Shown piece by piece: positions 25,373 through 38,010 of a DNA stretch of 64,000 bases. The stretch's first letter is position 1. Every line of letters begins with the position of its first letter. The notes beneath the pieces were generated by a model, which was not told the origin of the DNA, searched no databases, and saw nothing but the letters and a program-made list of their open reading frames with translations. Both the position numbers and the translations under genes were made by a program. The stretch is from Callorhinchus milii (taxonomy: Eukaryota), in contig NW_024704743.1 in the NCBI RefSeq assembly GCF_018977255.1, positions 19,780,001-19,844,000 of the forward strand, in the 5' to 3' direction.

Positions 25373-25802
25373 GTCTAGCTAAACTGCAAAATGTCAGTGT
25401 AATCCACAGTTCCCATAGCCGCCAGTCAAATATCACAATATGCAAGTTGAATGCAAAATACAACTTGATAGGACAGTGTCAAATTGGGTAAATTCCAATT
25501 AATGCATTAGAAATGTCTAAATTCAAACTGATATCCAAAGTTAAGTCAGAGAGCTTGTGGATGTTGTCTTTTTCTTGTTCATCATCAGGCAGAGGACATC
25601 CCTTTGGCAAATGCTAACTGCATCGTATCCCCAATGTCCTTTCACATCTACATCCCAGGTTCGAATCCAGTGTAGACTGAATTACTTCCTAGTGATCATG
25701 GCCCAAAGCACAAATCTGCCTTTATGTAATGTAACAATCTCATTTACAGATGCCATAAGGGTGGTTGGTGTGAACAATTTGTACTGACTAAGAAACAGGT
25801 AC

Positions 25803-25912
25803 CATTTCAATACGAGAGCAAAAGCACTGGGCTTCTGATTGTTCTGCATGTGACCTGAGAGTGCTGACACTGTGTAGAATAGTCTTTCTTCCTGGACTCT
25901 GGCACCTTTCAC
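25803..25912 (-). CDS. Candidate internal coding exon (110 nt): VKGARVQEERLFYTVSALSGHMQNNQKPSAFALVLK(W)
   Basis: Acceptor ttttctttgtgatctttgtgtgttcctcaag|GTG and donor ATG|gtacct. Open phase 0 to phase 2. Lies in a TE-free block. No homolog recognised. Confidence 0.45.
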
Positions 25913-26577
25913 CTTGAGGAACACACAAAGATCACAAAGAAAATTGATTTGATTTGATATCAAAGGCCAAATGATTAATTTCTTGTGAAAGCATTTGATT
26001 TACATGATTACATCCAACATCCCATTTTATGACTTCACTTTGCTGCTGATGATAAAATAAGACATGCAGAAGCAGTAAATCACAGTTTGTCGCTGAGGCA
26101 ATAATTGCAATTAATTACTCTGGCCCTAATGTGTAAAAAATCCTTAACAACTACACACAAGGTGATACTAATCGTTGGTTTTTATTCTCTCTGGTGATAT
26201 AAAATGCCATCACGAAACTCAGTCCACCCAGTTTTACATCTCTTAGCAATGGCTCCACGTCCTGGTGGTGATTGTCCTTTTTTATATAATAAAAATGGAC
26301 GAAATTCGGACTTGTGATGTGATACTTTTAAGCTGCTATTTAGTGAAGCAGCACTGAAACTGCACTATGCGGATGGCAGGATTGTCTCTACGTTCCGCAA
26401 TTAAGAAGAGCAAAGAGGGTCAAATTTTCTGAGCCATTTTCAAGCACAAAAACATTTAGCAGAAATTGCAGGGTTTCACCCTTGTGGTCAGTAACATTTC
26501 TTGGTTGCATCTTTTTCCCCATCTGGATGTCAAGTGAATGGTTACATCTGGAAATTGAGATCATCGATTAATAAAGA

Positions 26578-26870
26578 AGTAATAATAATAATCCTTGTGT
26601 TTGATATAGCATCTAATCATATCCTTGAGATGGCTCAAAGCACTGCACAGAATATACTGTAAAGTGTATTGCCTGTTTATTTTGCGGGAGAAACACAACA
26701 GCCAATTGCGCACAACAGTGTCCCACAAACAGTTGCGGATTGAGTGACCAAATTATTATTAGCAATATTAATCCTTGCATTTGATTACGGAGCCTCATTA
26801 CGTCTTCTAGACGTCTCAAAGCGCTTCACGGAATATACTGTAAAGTAAATTGACTGTATATTTTGTTAGT
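26578..26870 (-). mobile_element. Two tandem SINE A 3' fragments
   Basis: Two successive aatccttg..tttgat...tatactgtaaagt units. Confidence 0.8.
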
Positions 26871-28289
26871 CTGAAAATAACTTAAAAGTTCAATTATTTT
26901 AGCAGCAGCAGAAATTTTATGCCTTCTAGATGTTCATTCTTAACCAAGGTGCTGCTTTGTTTGTTCTAAGCTTGATCAGAGCAATTTCACTTACGGCACT
27001 TCATAAGCACGATGATGTGTATCAATGAGGACTAATATGAGTACTGAGAGTTTTTCACCAAACAGAAAAAATATGCTTAATAATAACAAAGTACTTTGAG
27101 TTCCTGGAGCCTAAAGTAATATAGTTGTTCCCAATGGATCAGAACGTTTACTGCTAGAAGCATATTGCAAATTTTTGCTTTTTATTAGATTGATAATTAA
27201 TGAGTTTTCAATATTCATGAGCTCCAGACTACAAATACACAGCTTTAGACTTTGAAAATAATGAATAACCCCTGCATTTGATGCATCACGTCTCAATGCC
27301 CCTTATCACGTCTCAAAGCGCTTCACAGAATATACTGTAAAGTGAATTGACTGTATATATTGTGGGCAAATTGAAGATAACGGAGACAGCCAACAAATGA
27401 TAAAAGGCGAATACCAGTCTTGGATTATAAGCAGTTACCATGACCTAATCTCAGCACTGTGCCTGCAATCTATGATTCCAGGAGAATTTCTTTGTAACTT
27501 AATTGTTTCTAACATTTAAATTCTTCCTAACTGCAGAATTTGTCGAGTTTTTTCTGTTCGGTGAAAGCTGATGGAAATTGATTGGTTGCCCTGTAAATGA
27601 ACAAGATCCATCATTGGGACTGAAGTGTCAAGAATAGCGTTTTCCTCTATGCCAATCAGCAACTCATTCCCTCCAGCAGATTAGTCTCAGTCTCTAGACA
27701 GTCAGCATCTCAGCCTCAGAAAGTAATAGGCAGACCTTTGTTTCTGGCTGGATCTGACCTTGAATATTTAGTGTGATCTTGAACTTGTGGGACTCAGAAG
27801 AAGTCTCAGAAAAGAAAATAGAAGGATATCGGTTTGCGATTTTCACACTTGTTAAAAAAGGTTCTGTATTTGTTTTATGAAAAGGTTAATAATTTACGGT
27901 CGGATTATTAAAATTCATTTATGAAAGCAACAATTTAATTCATTTGAATTGGATCCTCCAAAGAAATGTGAATTTGTGCTTTTGGGAGATATTGCTGCTC
28001 AAGAGAGAATTAAAATTCAGTGCACAAATAACTACATCACTAAATAGATACAGGGTGGATTTTAAATACACCTCTTAGCAATAGTCCGTTGAGAAATCAT
28101 TTATCTGCAGCAATTATTTTGGCATTCGAAAATAATTGAATAGGGTTCAAGTTCTTTTAGAAAATAATATTTAATTTAGAAAATAATATTTTGGAAGACA
28201 GTATATCAGTAATTTGAGGCATGACATATGGTAAGTGCAGTATGCTTAGAAGAACTGGGCAACTTTGAATCTAAGGTTCCCAAAGCTAT

Positions 28290-28560
28290 TCGGTGTGTTT
28301 TTGGTCAGCTGGGTGTCTGACTCATAAGGAAAGTGATCACAATGCTTAAGAATAACCAAACCAGAGAGAGTTCCACATATGTATGCCACCAAAGCATGGA
28401 AATTTCCCTATGCTGGGAATGGAAATGCACACTCTCCCTGAAGGAACCCACACTGCTTACCCTAATTCTGGAGCATATTCAGTGCAGGTTCATGAGTGGC
28501 ATGTCTTGAGGAACCCAGAGTTTGCACTGGGATATTGCTGGAGTTTAATCATTTAAAACC
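28290..28560 (-). repeat. Unclassified old dispersed repeat (copy 2 of 4)
   Basis: Reverse complement aligns by eye to 36995-37250 (gttaaactccagca, ggaaatttccat, atatgtggaactct, gagtcagacaccc). Confidence 0.65.
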
Positions 28561-28789
28561 CCATGGTTTGCCATTGAGAGCACTCCCTGGCAAGCTACCC
28601 ACTACTTATCCAGCAAAAATCTCCCTTTTCATAAGGGTTTTGGCTTGCAGAGTTATGAGGAGCCAAGTGAGAAGAATCCCTGCTCAGAGACCGCCACAGA
28701 AGGTTGACTTGATTCCAACATTTCACTGACAAGCATGGAGCTAGATCAGCCCACATACCTTCCGGTCCAAGAAGGACATATTAAAATAC

Positions 28790-29166
28790 AATAATAATAA
28801 TCCTTGCATTTGATATAGCGCCTCATCACGTCTTCGAGAAGTCTCAAAGCGCTTCACAGGATACACTGTAAAGTGGATTGACTGTATATTTCTGTGGGCG
28901 AAATGTGATAGCCAATTGTGTACAGCAGTGTCCCACAAACAGTCGTGGATTGAGTGACCACATTTTTATTATTTCTTTATTTAAAGGGATTATTATCCCT
29001 GGAAAAGCGATCCGCCAATCGACTAACAACTGGGTTCCTGCTTACTGCTGGGTAAACAGAGGTCTGTGGAGTAAGGAAACTTGCCAAAGGTATTGCTCCT
29101 CCCGAAAATTGAACCCGGGTCCTCTTGCTTGCGAGGTGAGTGCTCTAACCACTAAGCTATAGGAGT
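28790..29166 (-). mobile_element. SINE family A, full length
   Basis: Complete tail, body and tRNA-like head on the minus strand. Confidence 0.9.
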
Positions 29167-30454
29167 GTAAAATGTGATATTGCATAAGGGATTACATTAA
29201 TTTGTACTGGGACAGAAATGTGATGTTCAATAATAAACTAGATGTATTTATTACAGCAAATCTGCAATGAAATATTGCATTTTTTGCTCCCTTTCTTATC
29301 ACACAATTTCCACGTGTCCAAAAATAAAAACGTTCATATGGATCTTACAAGTTAACTGATGAGTAATAAAGTAACCGTTGAACCCTAGTGAAAACATTGA
29401 GGGCTCATTCTGCGAAATATTTCCTTTTATATCATAATTTAATCTGACATTATGATGTACATAATAAATCACACATCAACAGCACAGTCAATCAATATAA
29501 AGTTCATTTTGTGGCTGGTGCTAAATGAATCAGGATTGCTTAATGGGGCCTTCAGCTTCATGTATCATTATATTTCATAAGAGATATCAAATACGACAGG
29601 TATAATGAAGTTCAAGAGCCATTAAATGATTAATTTATAATGGTAAAATAGGATTTTATCAATGCACTCGATAATTTCAGACAGCAAAAGTTTACAGGAA
29701 CAACTAGACTTTGAATTAGATTGATGACCATAGCATATAATTGAAAAAAGGTTAGACAGATTTACTAAAACATCCTTCACTTGAGCTGGTTCGTTTGAGA
29801 AATACATTTGTTGCAGGTCAAGGCAATTTTCTTTTTATTTGCTAGACATTTATCATTGTTATTCAACCCGTTAATCCTGTTTAATCCGATTCTGAAAAAT
29901 TGCAACATTTTGTTTAGCATGAACTGAAAAGGATATGCAGGTTTTCCAAAAGGGCATAATTTGAACATGTGCTGAAGAATATGTAATAGAAGCTATACGC
30001 TCTCAAATTAAAAACATAAGTATATCAGTCCCAAGTGGTGACCTGTTGGAACTACATGCACATCACTCAAGGTCTCCATTTCCATCTCTGACAAAGCTAT
30101 CTTGAACCATTTTGTGATCTCCCTCACAATAATGATTGCATTTGATATCGTGCCTTCCATGTTGTCGAGGCGTCTCAAAGCACTTCCACTGAAAGTTGAG
30201 TGACTGTATTTGTAGATGAACGAGGCACCCAATTAGACACAGTAATATAAGCGAATGACCAATTTTGGGGGAGATTCTTAGCCAGTGATGATGTTAACAA
30301 GGGAAAACTCCACTTTTCCAAGGGAGAACAGGCAGAAACAAATTTGTTTAAAGTCTCATTTCAAAGGCAGCACCTGTAACAATCCAAGGTTCCCCCAGGA
30401 CTTTTGACTCAGAGGTGAGAGTGCTACCAACTGAGCCATGTTATCTCCCTTCCT

Positions 30455-31035
30455 GACTCCAAGACGGTCGCAGAGGTAGGGGGGAACAAAGTCATGGAGG
30501 GCTCTGAAGGTGAGGACCAGGATCTTGAACTGTATCCTCTGTGTGATGGGAAGCTGGCGAGGATGGGGGTGATAGGAACGCGGAGCCTGGAGAGGACGGA
30601 CACGGGCTGCAGAGTTCTGGATGCGGTGTGAGACAGTGGCGGAGCCGGACGATGTTGCAGAGGTGGGGCAAGGCAGAGCAGTACATGGAATGGATGTGGA
30701 GTAGGAAGGATAGTTGAGGGTCAAATAAGATACCAAGGTTTCGGACTAGCTCAGAAAGGTGGAGTGTGCATCCTTGGATGGTGATAATGTTAGTGCCTGA
30801 GGTGTGGAGATGCTAATCAGGAGCGCCTCGGTCTTGTTGATGTTCAACTGTAGAAAGTTAGCTCTCATCCAGGACTTCATGTCAGAACGGCAGTGGTCCT
30901 GGACTCAAAGGTGGAGGCAAAGAGATAGAGTTGGGTGTCATCCGCATACATGTGGAAATTGACCCCTTGTCTGCGGATGATGTCACCAAGAGGGAGCATA
31001 TAGATGAGTATAGGCTGGAGCCCTCCTTCTCTTCT
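30455..31035 (-). mobile_element. L2 RT fragment with internal deletions
   Basis: [10 protein letters not shown] (30939-30966), LQLNINKTE and QRIQFKILVLTFRAL. Confidence 0.88.
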
Positions 31036-32140
31036 TCAGTTTACCACAAATTCACCTCACCAATTGGTTCTGAATTTCACAAGTGAGCCAAAGCAAACCT
31101 CTCAGGAAGATATGTCAAGAGCTACAGACAGTGAAAGCACAGGGGGCAAAGGGTGTAATGAACACCACTGTAGTAATCCTTGGCACATCCACAGAATATT
31201 AAAACTAAAATAATATAATAATAATCCTTACAATTGGTATAGTGCCTTTCACGTCAGGAGGATGTCACAAAGTGCTTTATAGGATATATTGCAAAGTGCA
31301 GTGACTGTGTGTTAAAAAGGTGTGAGCATATATAACAACTTGCATTTTTATATGGTGCCCTTCACGCGGGGCAGTGTCCCGGTGCGCTTAACAGTGGCGG
31401 AGCCTGACATTGAGCCGGGGTGATGTGGGGTGGGTGGGAGGGGGATTGAAGAGGAAGGTCTTCAGTTTTGATCTAAAAGAAGGGGGAGGTGCCGAAGACG
31501 TGAACAAGGGTTTCAGCTGCATGGGTTGAGGTATGGTCAGAGGCGGCCAGTGAGACGGAAGTGGTAGAAAGTGATCTTGGTTAGGGACCAGATGTGGGGG
31601 CGGAAGGACAGCTGGGAGTAGAACCTGACACCATACCACATATACTTTAAGTTACTTTATAAAAATGTAAACTAGTCTTATTTCTAAAATACGGTCGCTG
31701 TTTTACAGGTACAAACTAGTAATCTATTTCAATATTTTATTTATAGCCCAATTGGCAGGCATATCTACCTATTTCGCCCACAAATACACGGTCAATAAAC
31801 TTTACAGCATATTCTGTATAGTGCTTTGAGACGTCTAGAAGATGTGAAAAGCGCTTTATCAAATGCAAGGATTATTATTATTATTATGTTTATAGCATCA
31901 CTAGTCGCTTTGTAAAGAATACTTTCTGGGTCAATAGGCTCATTTATGCTATGTGTTTTTTAAAGGCTCGAAACTGGCCTACTGGAACCCGGATTAAAAA
32001 GGTACAATTCATACAGAGTTATACAGAGTGATATAGCTCAGAAACAGGCAGTCCAGCCCCACTAGTCCATGCTGGTGTTTATACTCAGACATGAGCCTTC
32101 TATTCTGTTCACCTATATGAACTCCTGTGTACAGGACAGT

Positions 32141-32322
32141 GGAGTCCTGTAGCTCAGTGGTTGGAGCACTTGCCTCGCAAGCAAGAGATCTGGGTTTGAT
32201 TCCTGGCAGGGCGAAACCTTGGGCAAGTTTCCTTACTCCACACACCTGATAATAATCCCTCAAGAAAAAAACAATAATAAATTGGTCACTTCAATCCATG
32301 ATCAAGGATTATTATTATTATT
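32141..32322 (+). mobile_element. SINE family A, internally deleted subfamily
   Basis: ggagtcctgtagctcagtggttggagcac...ccttactccacacacct|gataataatccctc. Confidence 0.85.
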
Positions 32323-32761
32323 TATTTTATTAGATCCCTGTATTCAATCGATCCATTCCATATAATCGGAAGGCATAATTGTGTGCCCAGTTAAGCATTG
32401 ATTAAAAACTCAAGGAAGCATAGTGCAAGAAAGGATTATACAGCAGAAGGAATGTTTCTGTAGTTATAAATACGACTGAAGTTATTACTGGATATAAACT
32501 ATCAGGATTAACACAACAAATTACATTTATATAGCGGGTTTCACGATCAAGGATCACATCTAAAATGTAAATAAAATTCCTATAGTCGGTGAATGCCCTT
32601 CTGCAATTTAAATTAAGTCTATAAACTTTGATATTCTTGATTTTGTCCATTTTAATCCATTCTTCACAGTACTGATGTGAAACCAATTAAGTGCATGAAA
32701 CTATATGAAAGAGTAAGTTCACTTTTTTTAAACCCTCTCCTGGGCTGCAGACTTTTGTGGT

Positions 32762-33700
32762 CAACAACAGCAACAATAAGAATATATAAAGCACTTCTCA
32801 CACAGGGGAGCGTCCCAGAGCGCTCGACAGTGGTGGAGCATGACGCCAAGCTGGGGGAAGGGGGGGTGCTGCCCGTAGGAACCGTCAAAGGTAGGAGTAA
32901 GGCGGAGGGATAGAGAAAAAGTGTTCCAGAGTTTCAGGGCACAGTAGCTGAAAGCTTGGAGGGACATGCAGAACGTGCAGAAGGCCGGAGACAGTCGAAC
33001 GGAGGCAGCAGGTTGTGTGTTGGGCAGTAAGCAGATCGGAGAGGCAGGGAGGTGCCCAGAGCATGACGGGATTTGAAAACGAGCATGAAGATCTTGAAAT
33101 CAATCTGTTCAGCTACAGGGAGCCAGTGGAGCCTGGCTAGAACTGGTGTGATAGGGGTATGGAGTTTAGCACTCGGTGAGTATGCAGGCAGCAGAGTTTT
33201 AGATCAGTTGGATCGCGTGCATGGTGGAGCTGGGGAGACCGGCAAAGAGGGCATTGGAAACGTCGAGTCGGGAGGTGACGAAAGCATGAACAAATGCTTT
33301 GGCTGTGTCTGGGGTAAAGTACGTTTGGAGGCAGGCAATGAGGTGGAGGAAGACGGTCCTGGTCAAGGACCAGATGTGGAGAAGGAAGGACAGCTGTGGG
33401 CCAAACCTGATGCCTAGGTTGCACACTGGTTCGGTATGTCTGAGGGATAGGCCGGGGAAGTTAAGGAGGTCAGAGCTGCAGGATAGAAGACATTGACGCG
33501 AGCCAATGAGCATGGTTTCCATCTTGTCAACAGTGAGTTGTAGGAAGTTTTTTCTCATCCAGGCCCTGATATCTGCTAGACAGGCAGAGAGAGCATTGGT
33601 GGACTGGAGGAGGAGAAGTAGATTCGAGTATCATCCGTATACATGTGGAAATTTACCCCATGTCTGCACATGACATGGCTAAAGAGGGAGCATGTAGAAC
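32762..33700 (-). mobile_element. L2 LINE 3' ~940 bp (RT C-half)
   Basis: GVNFHMYTDD, MRKNFLQLTVDKME, AFVTSRLDVSNALFAGLP, (TTG)n-like tail. Confidence 0.9.
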
Positions 33701-33989
33701 ACAGTCAAGACAGAAACAGACAGTCTTGTTCCAGTCCACCACTGACACTATCTGGGGAAAGGACCGAAGAGTATCAATCATATTTCTTCATACCCCCAAC
33801 CCTCCTGACCACATGAATAATGCAGCTGAGATTGAAACTCTGGGTCCATCACTCAATCACTTCCAGATAATGTTTCTGTGCTGCCCGCGACTACAGCCTT
33901 TCATTGAAAGCTCGCTCAATCCCTCAGTCTTTTATTTGTACTTTTGAATGAACCGCAATGTTTTTTTCTGGTCCATTCCTATATCTTTA

Positions 33990-34340
33990 CATCCCTATAT
34001 CCTCTACTCAAGAGCTCCTGGACCCTGCGTGAAAGGCGCTATATAAATGTAAGTTGTTGTTGTTGTTGTAAAGTCCACATCAGAAAGTCTGGAATTACAA
34101 CAACAAAAGGTTGCATTGATATAGCACCCTTCACGCAGAGCAGAGTTTCAAAGCGCTTAACAATAGCTGAGCCTGACGCTGAGCCAGGGGGAGGCAGGAG
34201 GTGGTCTTGAGCATGGTCAAAGAGGAAGGTCTTCAGTCACGATCTAAAAGAGGGGAAGGAGAGGACAAGGTGGAGGGATTGGTGGAGAGAGTTCCAAAGC
34301 TTGGGGGTGTAGTGCAACCGCCAATAATGGAATGGACCAA
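33990..34340. mobile_element. Tail-to-tail pair of L2 3' ends
   Basis: Plus tail ending (ttg)n at 34069 and minus tail starting acaacaacaa at 34097. Confidence 0.75.
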
Positions 34341-34892
34341 TGGTGAAGTGGAATTAGTCTAAATTCTGCTCAGAGATTATCACTAGTGCTTTTCATTCAT
34401 AATTAAAAGGCATAAATTATGAGAATCATTTTGCTAATGTCCAGGAGGTAGTGGATAGTAAATGACATCTTATTTCCACACTGCACGATTAAACAGGTGA
34501 CAGAGATCCAATCCATCTTTTTGGCAGCATTCACGCACAGAGGACAAATCAAATGTTCTAACATGCCATCTATAGCTTGAAGATAAATGTCTTTGTACAG
34601 TGTTTGCATCAAGCTTCTAAAGAGACTAAGTTTCATTCAGGGTATGATTGATTGAAATGAAATTGTTATAAATGAATTCTGTCGAGCTTGAAAGGGCAAA
34701 GGGGTAAAATGTGTGACGCTCCTTAACTTGTTGCTTGAGTTAGCACAGATGTAAAATAAAATGAAATGGTTTAAGATTTATGATAAAAATTTGACATTGA
34801 TTATCACTGGTGTTAAAATTCAACCTTGTAATCAGGGCTGCTCCCAAGGCCTCAGCTCTCACACAGCTAACAAAATCTTTTTTTACTGATCT

Positions 34893-35050
34893 CAAGAAGT
34901 GGGTCACGCTGGTATTTATTGCACAACCCTGGTTGCCCTGAAAAGGTGGTGACAGGACCTTCTCTTTAAACCCCTGCAGTTCTTGTGGTGATGGTGTTCC
35001 TATGATGGTGTTGAGTATCGAGTTCCAGGACTTTGACCCAGTGAGGATGG
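34893..35050 (-). mobile_element. LINE (CR1/L2 group) 3' end of a third family
   Basis: Minus strand encodes GSKSWNSILNTIIGTPSPQELQGFKEK (WNS..FK C-terminal pattern), followed by gcaataaat. Confidence 0.6.
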
Positions 35051-35053
35051 TGA

Positions 35054-35415
35054 TAACAATAATAATAATTGCATTTGATGTAGTGCCTTATCACATCTTC
35101 GAGATGTCTCAAAGCGCTTCACAGAATATACTATAAAGTGAATTGACTGTATATTTTGTGGGCGAAACGCAAATAGCAGTGTCCCACAAACAGTCTTGGA
35201 TTGAGTAACCAATTTATTATCATTGTTTTTTTGAGGGAATTATTACCCCAGGAAAAGCGAACCGCCAATCGACTGACAACCAGGTTCCTACTTACTACTA
35301 GGTAAGCAGAGATGTGTGGAGTAAGGAAACTTGCCCAAGTTTTGCCCTGGCAGGAATCGTACCCAGGTCTCTCGCTTGCAAGGCAAGTGCTCTAATCACT
35401 GAGCTACAGGACTCC
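35054..35415 (-). mobile_element. SINE family A, near full length
   Basis: Head ggagtcctgtagctcagtgattagagcacttgccttgcaagcgagagacctggg; CORE-like segment; tail. Confidence 0.9.
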
Positions 35416-36129
35416 ACAACACGATAAACACATCCTAGGAGATCTGGTTCAAATAATTACAGAAAACCAACCTTCCTGCGAGCCAACTTCTATGATACAG
35501 ACGCATCAGGATCACCAGGCAGCACCGACTGAAAAGTAAAGAAGTGGTTGCTGGAAATCCAAAATGAACATAAATGTTAGAAATTCATGACTGGTCATGA
35601 AAAATGAGTCAGAGGTTCAGACATATTGAGATTTGATGAAGAGTAACAGCACAATACAATCTTTCAATACAACCTCATACGATCTTTCCCTCTCAGAGCC
35701 GCTTTTCAAACCAGCTTTTTTTTAAATACACTGAGACCTATCTTAAACTGAACCCGTTATTGTAGCTCCAACACTCACAAGTGTGCACCTGCCAATACAC
35801 TCTCAAAATTAAGGAACACTCTGATTTATGATAAATAATTTAATATAAAGTGCAGTTACTGTGTACTTGAAGCCAAACACAGTAGTCAATTTGCAAACAG
35901 TAATATTCCACAAACAGCCATGAATGATTAACCAAATTATTTGTATTGTTACCGGTTAACATTAAAGCCACAAATCAATACTGATTTATAGCATTAACAT
36001 GAAGTTCTCCAATCCCAAATTGGAATGCTTTCAGTCAAATGTGTATTAAGAAAAAAAATAGATTTATAATTTATTCAGACTGCATCATTAACCCTGGTTT
36101 CTAATGCCAGCTCCCAGGGAGAATGCCTT

Positions 36130-36415
36130 GGATGTTCAGATGCCTTTCAAACACTATTTCATGGCTTCATGTGGGAACTACTATGGCAAATTGGCTGCCA
36201 CATTTAATAATCCTCGCACTTGATATAGCGCCTTATCATATCATCAAAATGCCTCAAAGCGCTTCACAGTATATATTATATTGTGGTGTGATTGTGTCTT
36301 TTGTGGCCATTTTCCTACTACCGTTACTGCACTTCACAGTAAATCCTGCAAAGCGATTTGAGGTGTCTCAATGAGATAATAAGGTACTATATCAAATGCA
36401 AGGATTATTATTATT
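36130..36415. mobile_element. SINE B 3' part carrying an antisense SINE tail (36206-36307)
   Basis: Plus copy split at ggctgccacattt| and resumes at cattttcctac. Confidence 0.7.
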
Positions 36416-36994
36416 CAATTAAACAGTCAAGGGTAACAACTGGTAATACAATTGTACCTAATACTGCATGACAAACTGAATTTCTAATTTAGATACGAGA
36501 GTCATAGCTATAATTACATTGTTAATGATGTTACTAATGATCTTTTGTGTTATAATTATGTGTTAGATATTATAAATGCAGCCTTAAACTCACTGGTACA
36601 ATGACCATCTGTGCTTCCAACTGTATAAGAAATCAGATGCACATTTACTGTGTTTGGACACGATAAAATCTTAAAGAAACAGAGAGCTAACATCACATCT
36701 CGCTCTCAGAGAAATCATGCTGAAGCAATAGTCAAAATGTAACTTTTTTGGTCGCATGGATTTTAATGAGATAACATTGCCATGACAACCATCTTAATAT
36801 TCAGCAAAATTTATAACATCTGCCTTCTTATACTCTCTCAACTCCACTGGTAATTATATCACCAGTTACTGTGGGCAAGGATTCCGCCTTCCGGCTCCTG
36901 TTAATGCTGCAAACCAAATGGCAAGGGTGGTCCTAGCTGGACATACAGCTGGAAGTTTGCCAGCATTTGCCAATGCAAATTGGAAACATTTGGT

Positions 36995-37250
36995 TGTTAA
37001 ACTTCAGCAGCACCACAATGTACATTCTGGAGTCCCGAAGCCTTGGCTCTCGCCAACCTAAACCTGTTCCAATCCCTCAATTAGAAAAGCTAGGTTCAAC
37101 CCTCCAGATCAGAATGCACACTGCTTTCCAGACAGAAGGAAATTTCCATTTGTAGGTGGCATCCATATGTGGAACTCTTAGTCTGGTTCAGATACTCTTA
37201 AGCACAGTGATGGGTTTCCACATGAGTCAGACACCCCAATGACCAAATTG
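36995..37250 (+). repeat. Unclassified old dispersed repeat (copy 3 of 4)
   Basis: Shares motifs with the 1640, 28290 and 40130 copies. Confidence 0.65.
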
Positions 37251-37664
37251 TTTTTTTAAAAAATGCCCAAATCAGAAAAAGCAGTTAGATTAGTACTAGA
37301 ATAGCTTTTTTTAAAATATACGGTTTTATTTCAGCCATATTTAAGTGGAGTAATTACCCTTGAATACTTCAGGAATAAGAACCATTAAAGCCATTTATAC
37401 TGATTGCCATAATTTTTGGTGGAATTCAAACAGTAACAAATTGATTTTCTCCTAAATACATAAAACAATTAGTTAACCAAGATTTTGTTTCCAGTGTCAA
37501 AATAGTGTACATGTGATCAGTTTCAAGGATAGATTACACACTACACTGTGAAAATCCACGAGTACAACCATGTGAAGTCGAGCCAAGTTCACTAAGCGAC
37601 TGCAGTAACCACACACTCATTGGCATAACTGAATCTTGTGCTAGAACACAAAGGTAAGACTTTA

Positions 37665-38010
37665 ACACTTGTTTATATACCTTTCACGATGGGAGTACGT
37701 CTCAAAGCACTTCACATGATATACTCCAATAGTCCATTTTATTTGGGCGTTTGTTAACCAGGAAACTCTATTCAAAATAATTTTTGAATGTTACATTTGG
37801 GATCTTTCATGCCCACCTGAACAGCCAGTTAGTTAGGACATCAGTTTAATGTCTTATCCGAAAGGTAGCACCTACAACAATACAGCATACCTCCAGCACT
37901 GCAATGGTTAGTCAGTTTAGGCAATATGACCTCCAAGTTCCAAGATGAAACTTGAACCCACAGACTTCTGACTCACAGACGAGAGTGGTACCAACATAGC
38001 CAGGCTGACA
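37665..38010 (-). mobile_element. SINE family B, diverged
   Basis: Head tgtcagcctggctatgttggtaccactctc..tctgtgagtcagaag; Deu-like core. Confidence 0.8.

Noticed and set aside
32141..32215. tRNA-Ala gene (also the other family A heads)
   Set aside because: The tRNA-like sequence runs directly into SINE body and recurs with scattered mutations, so it is a SINE head
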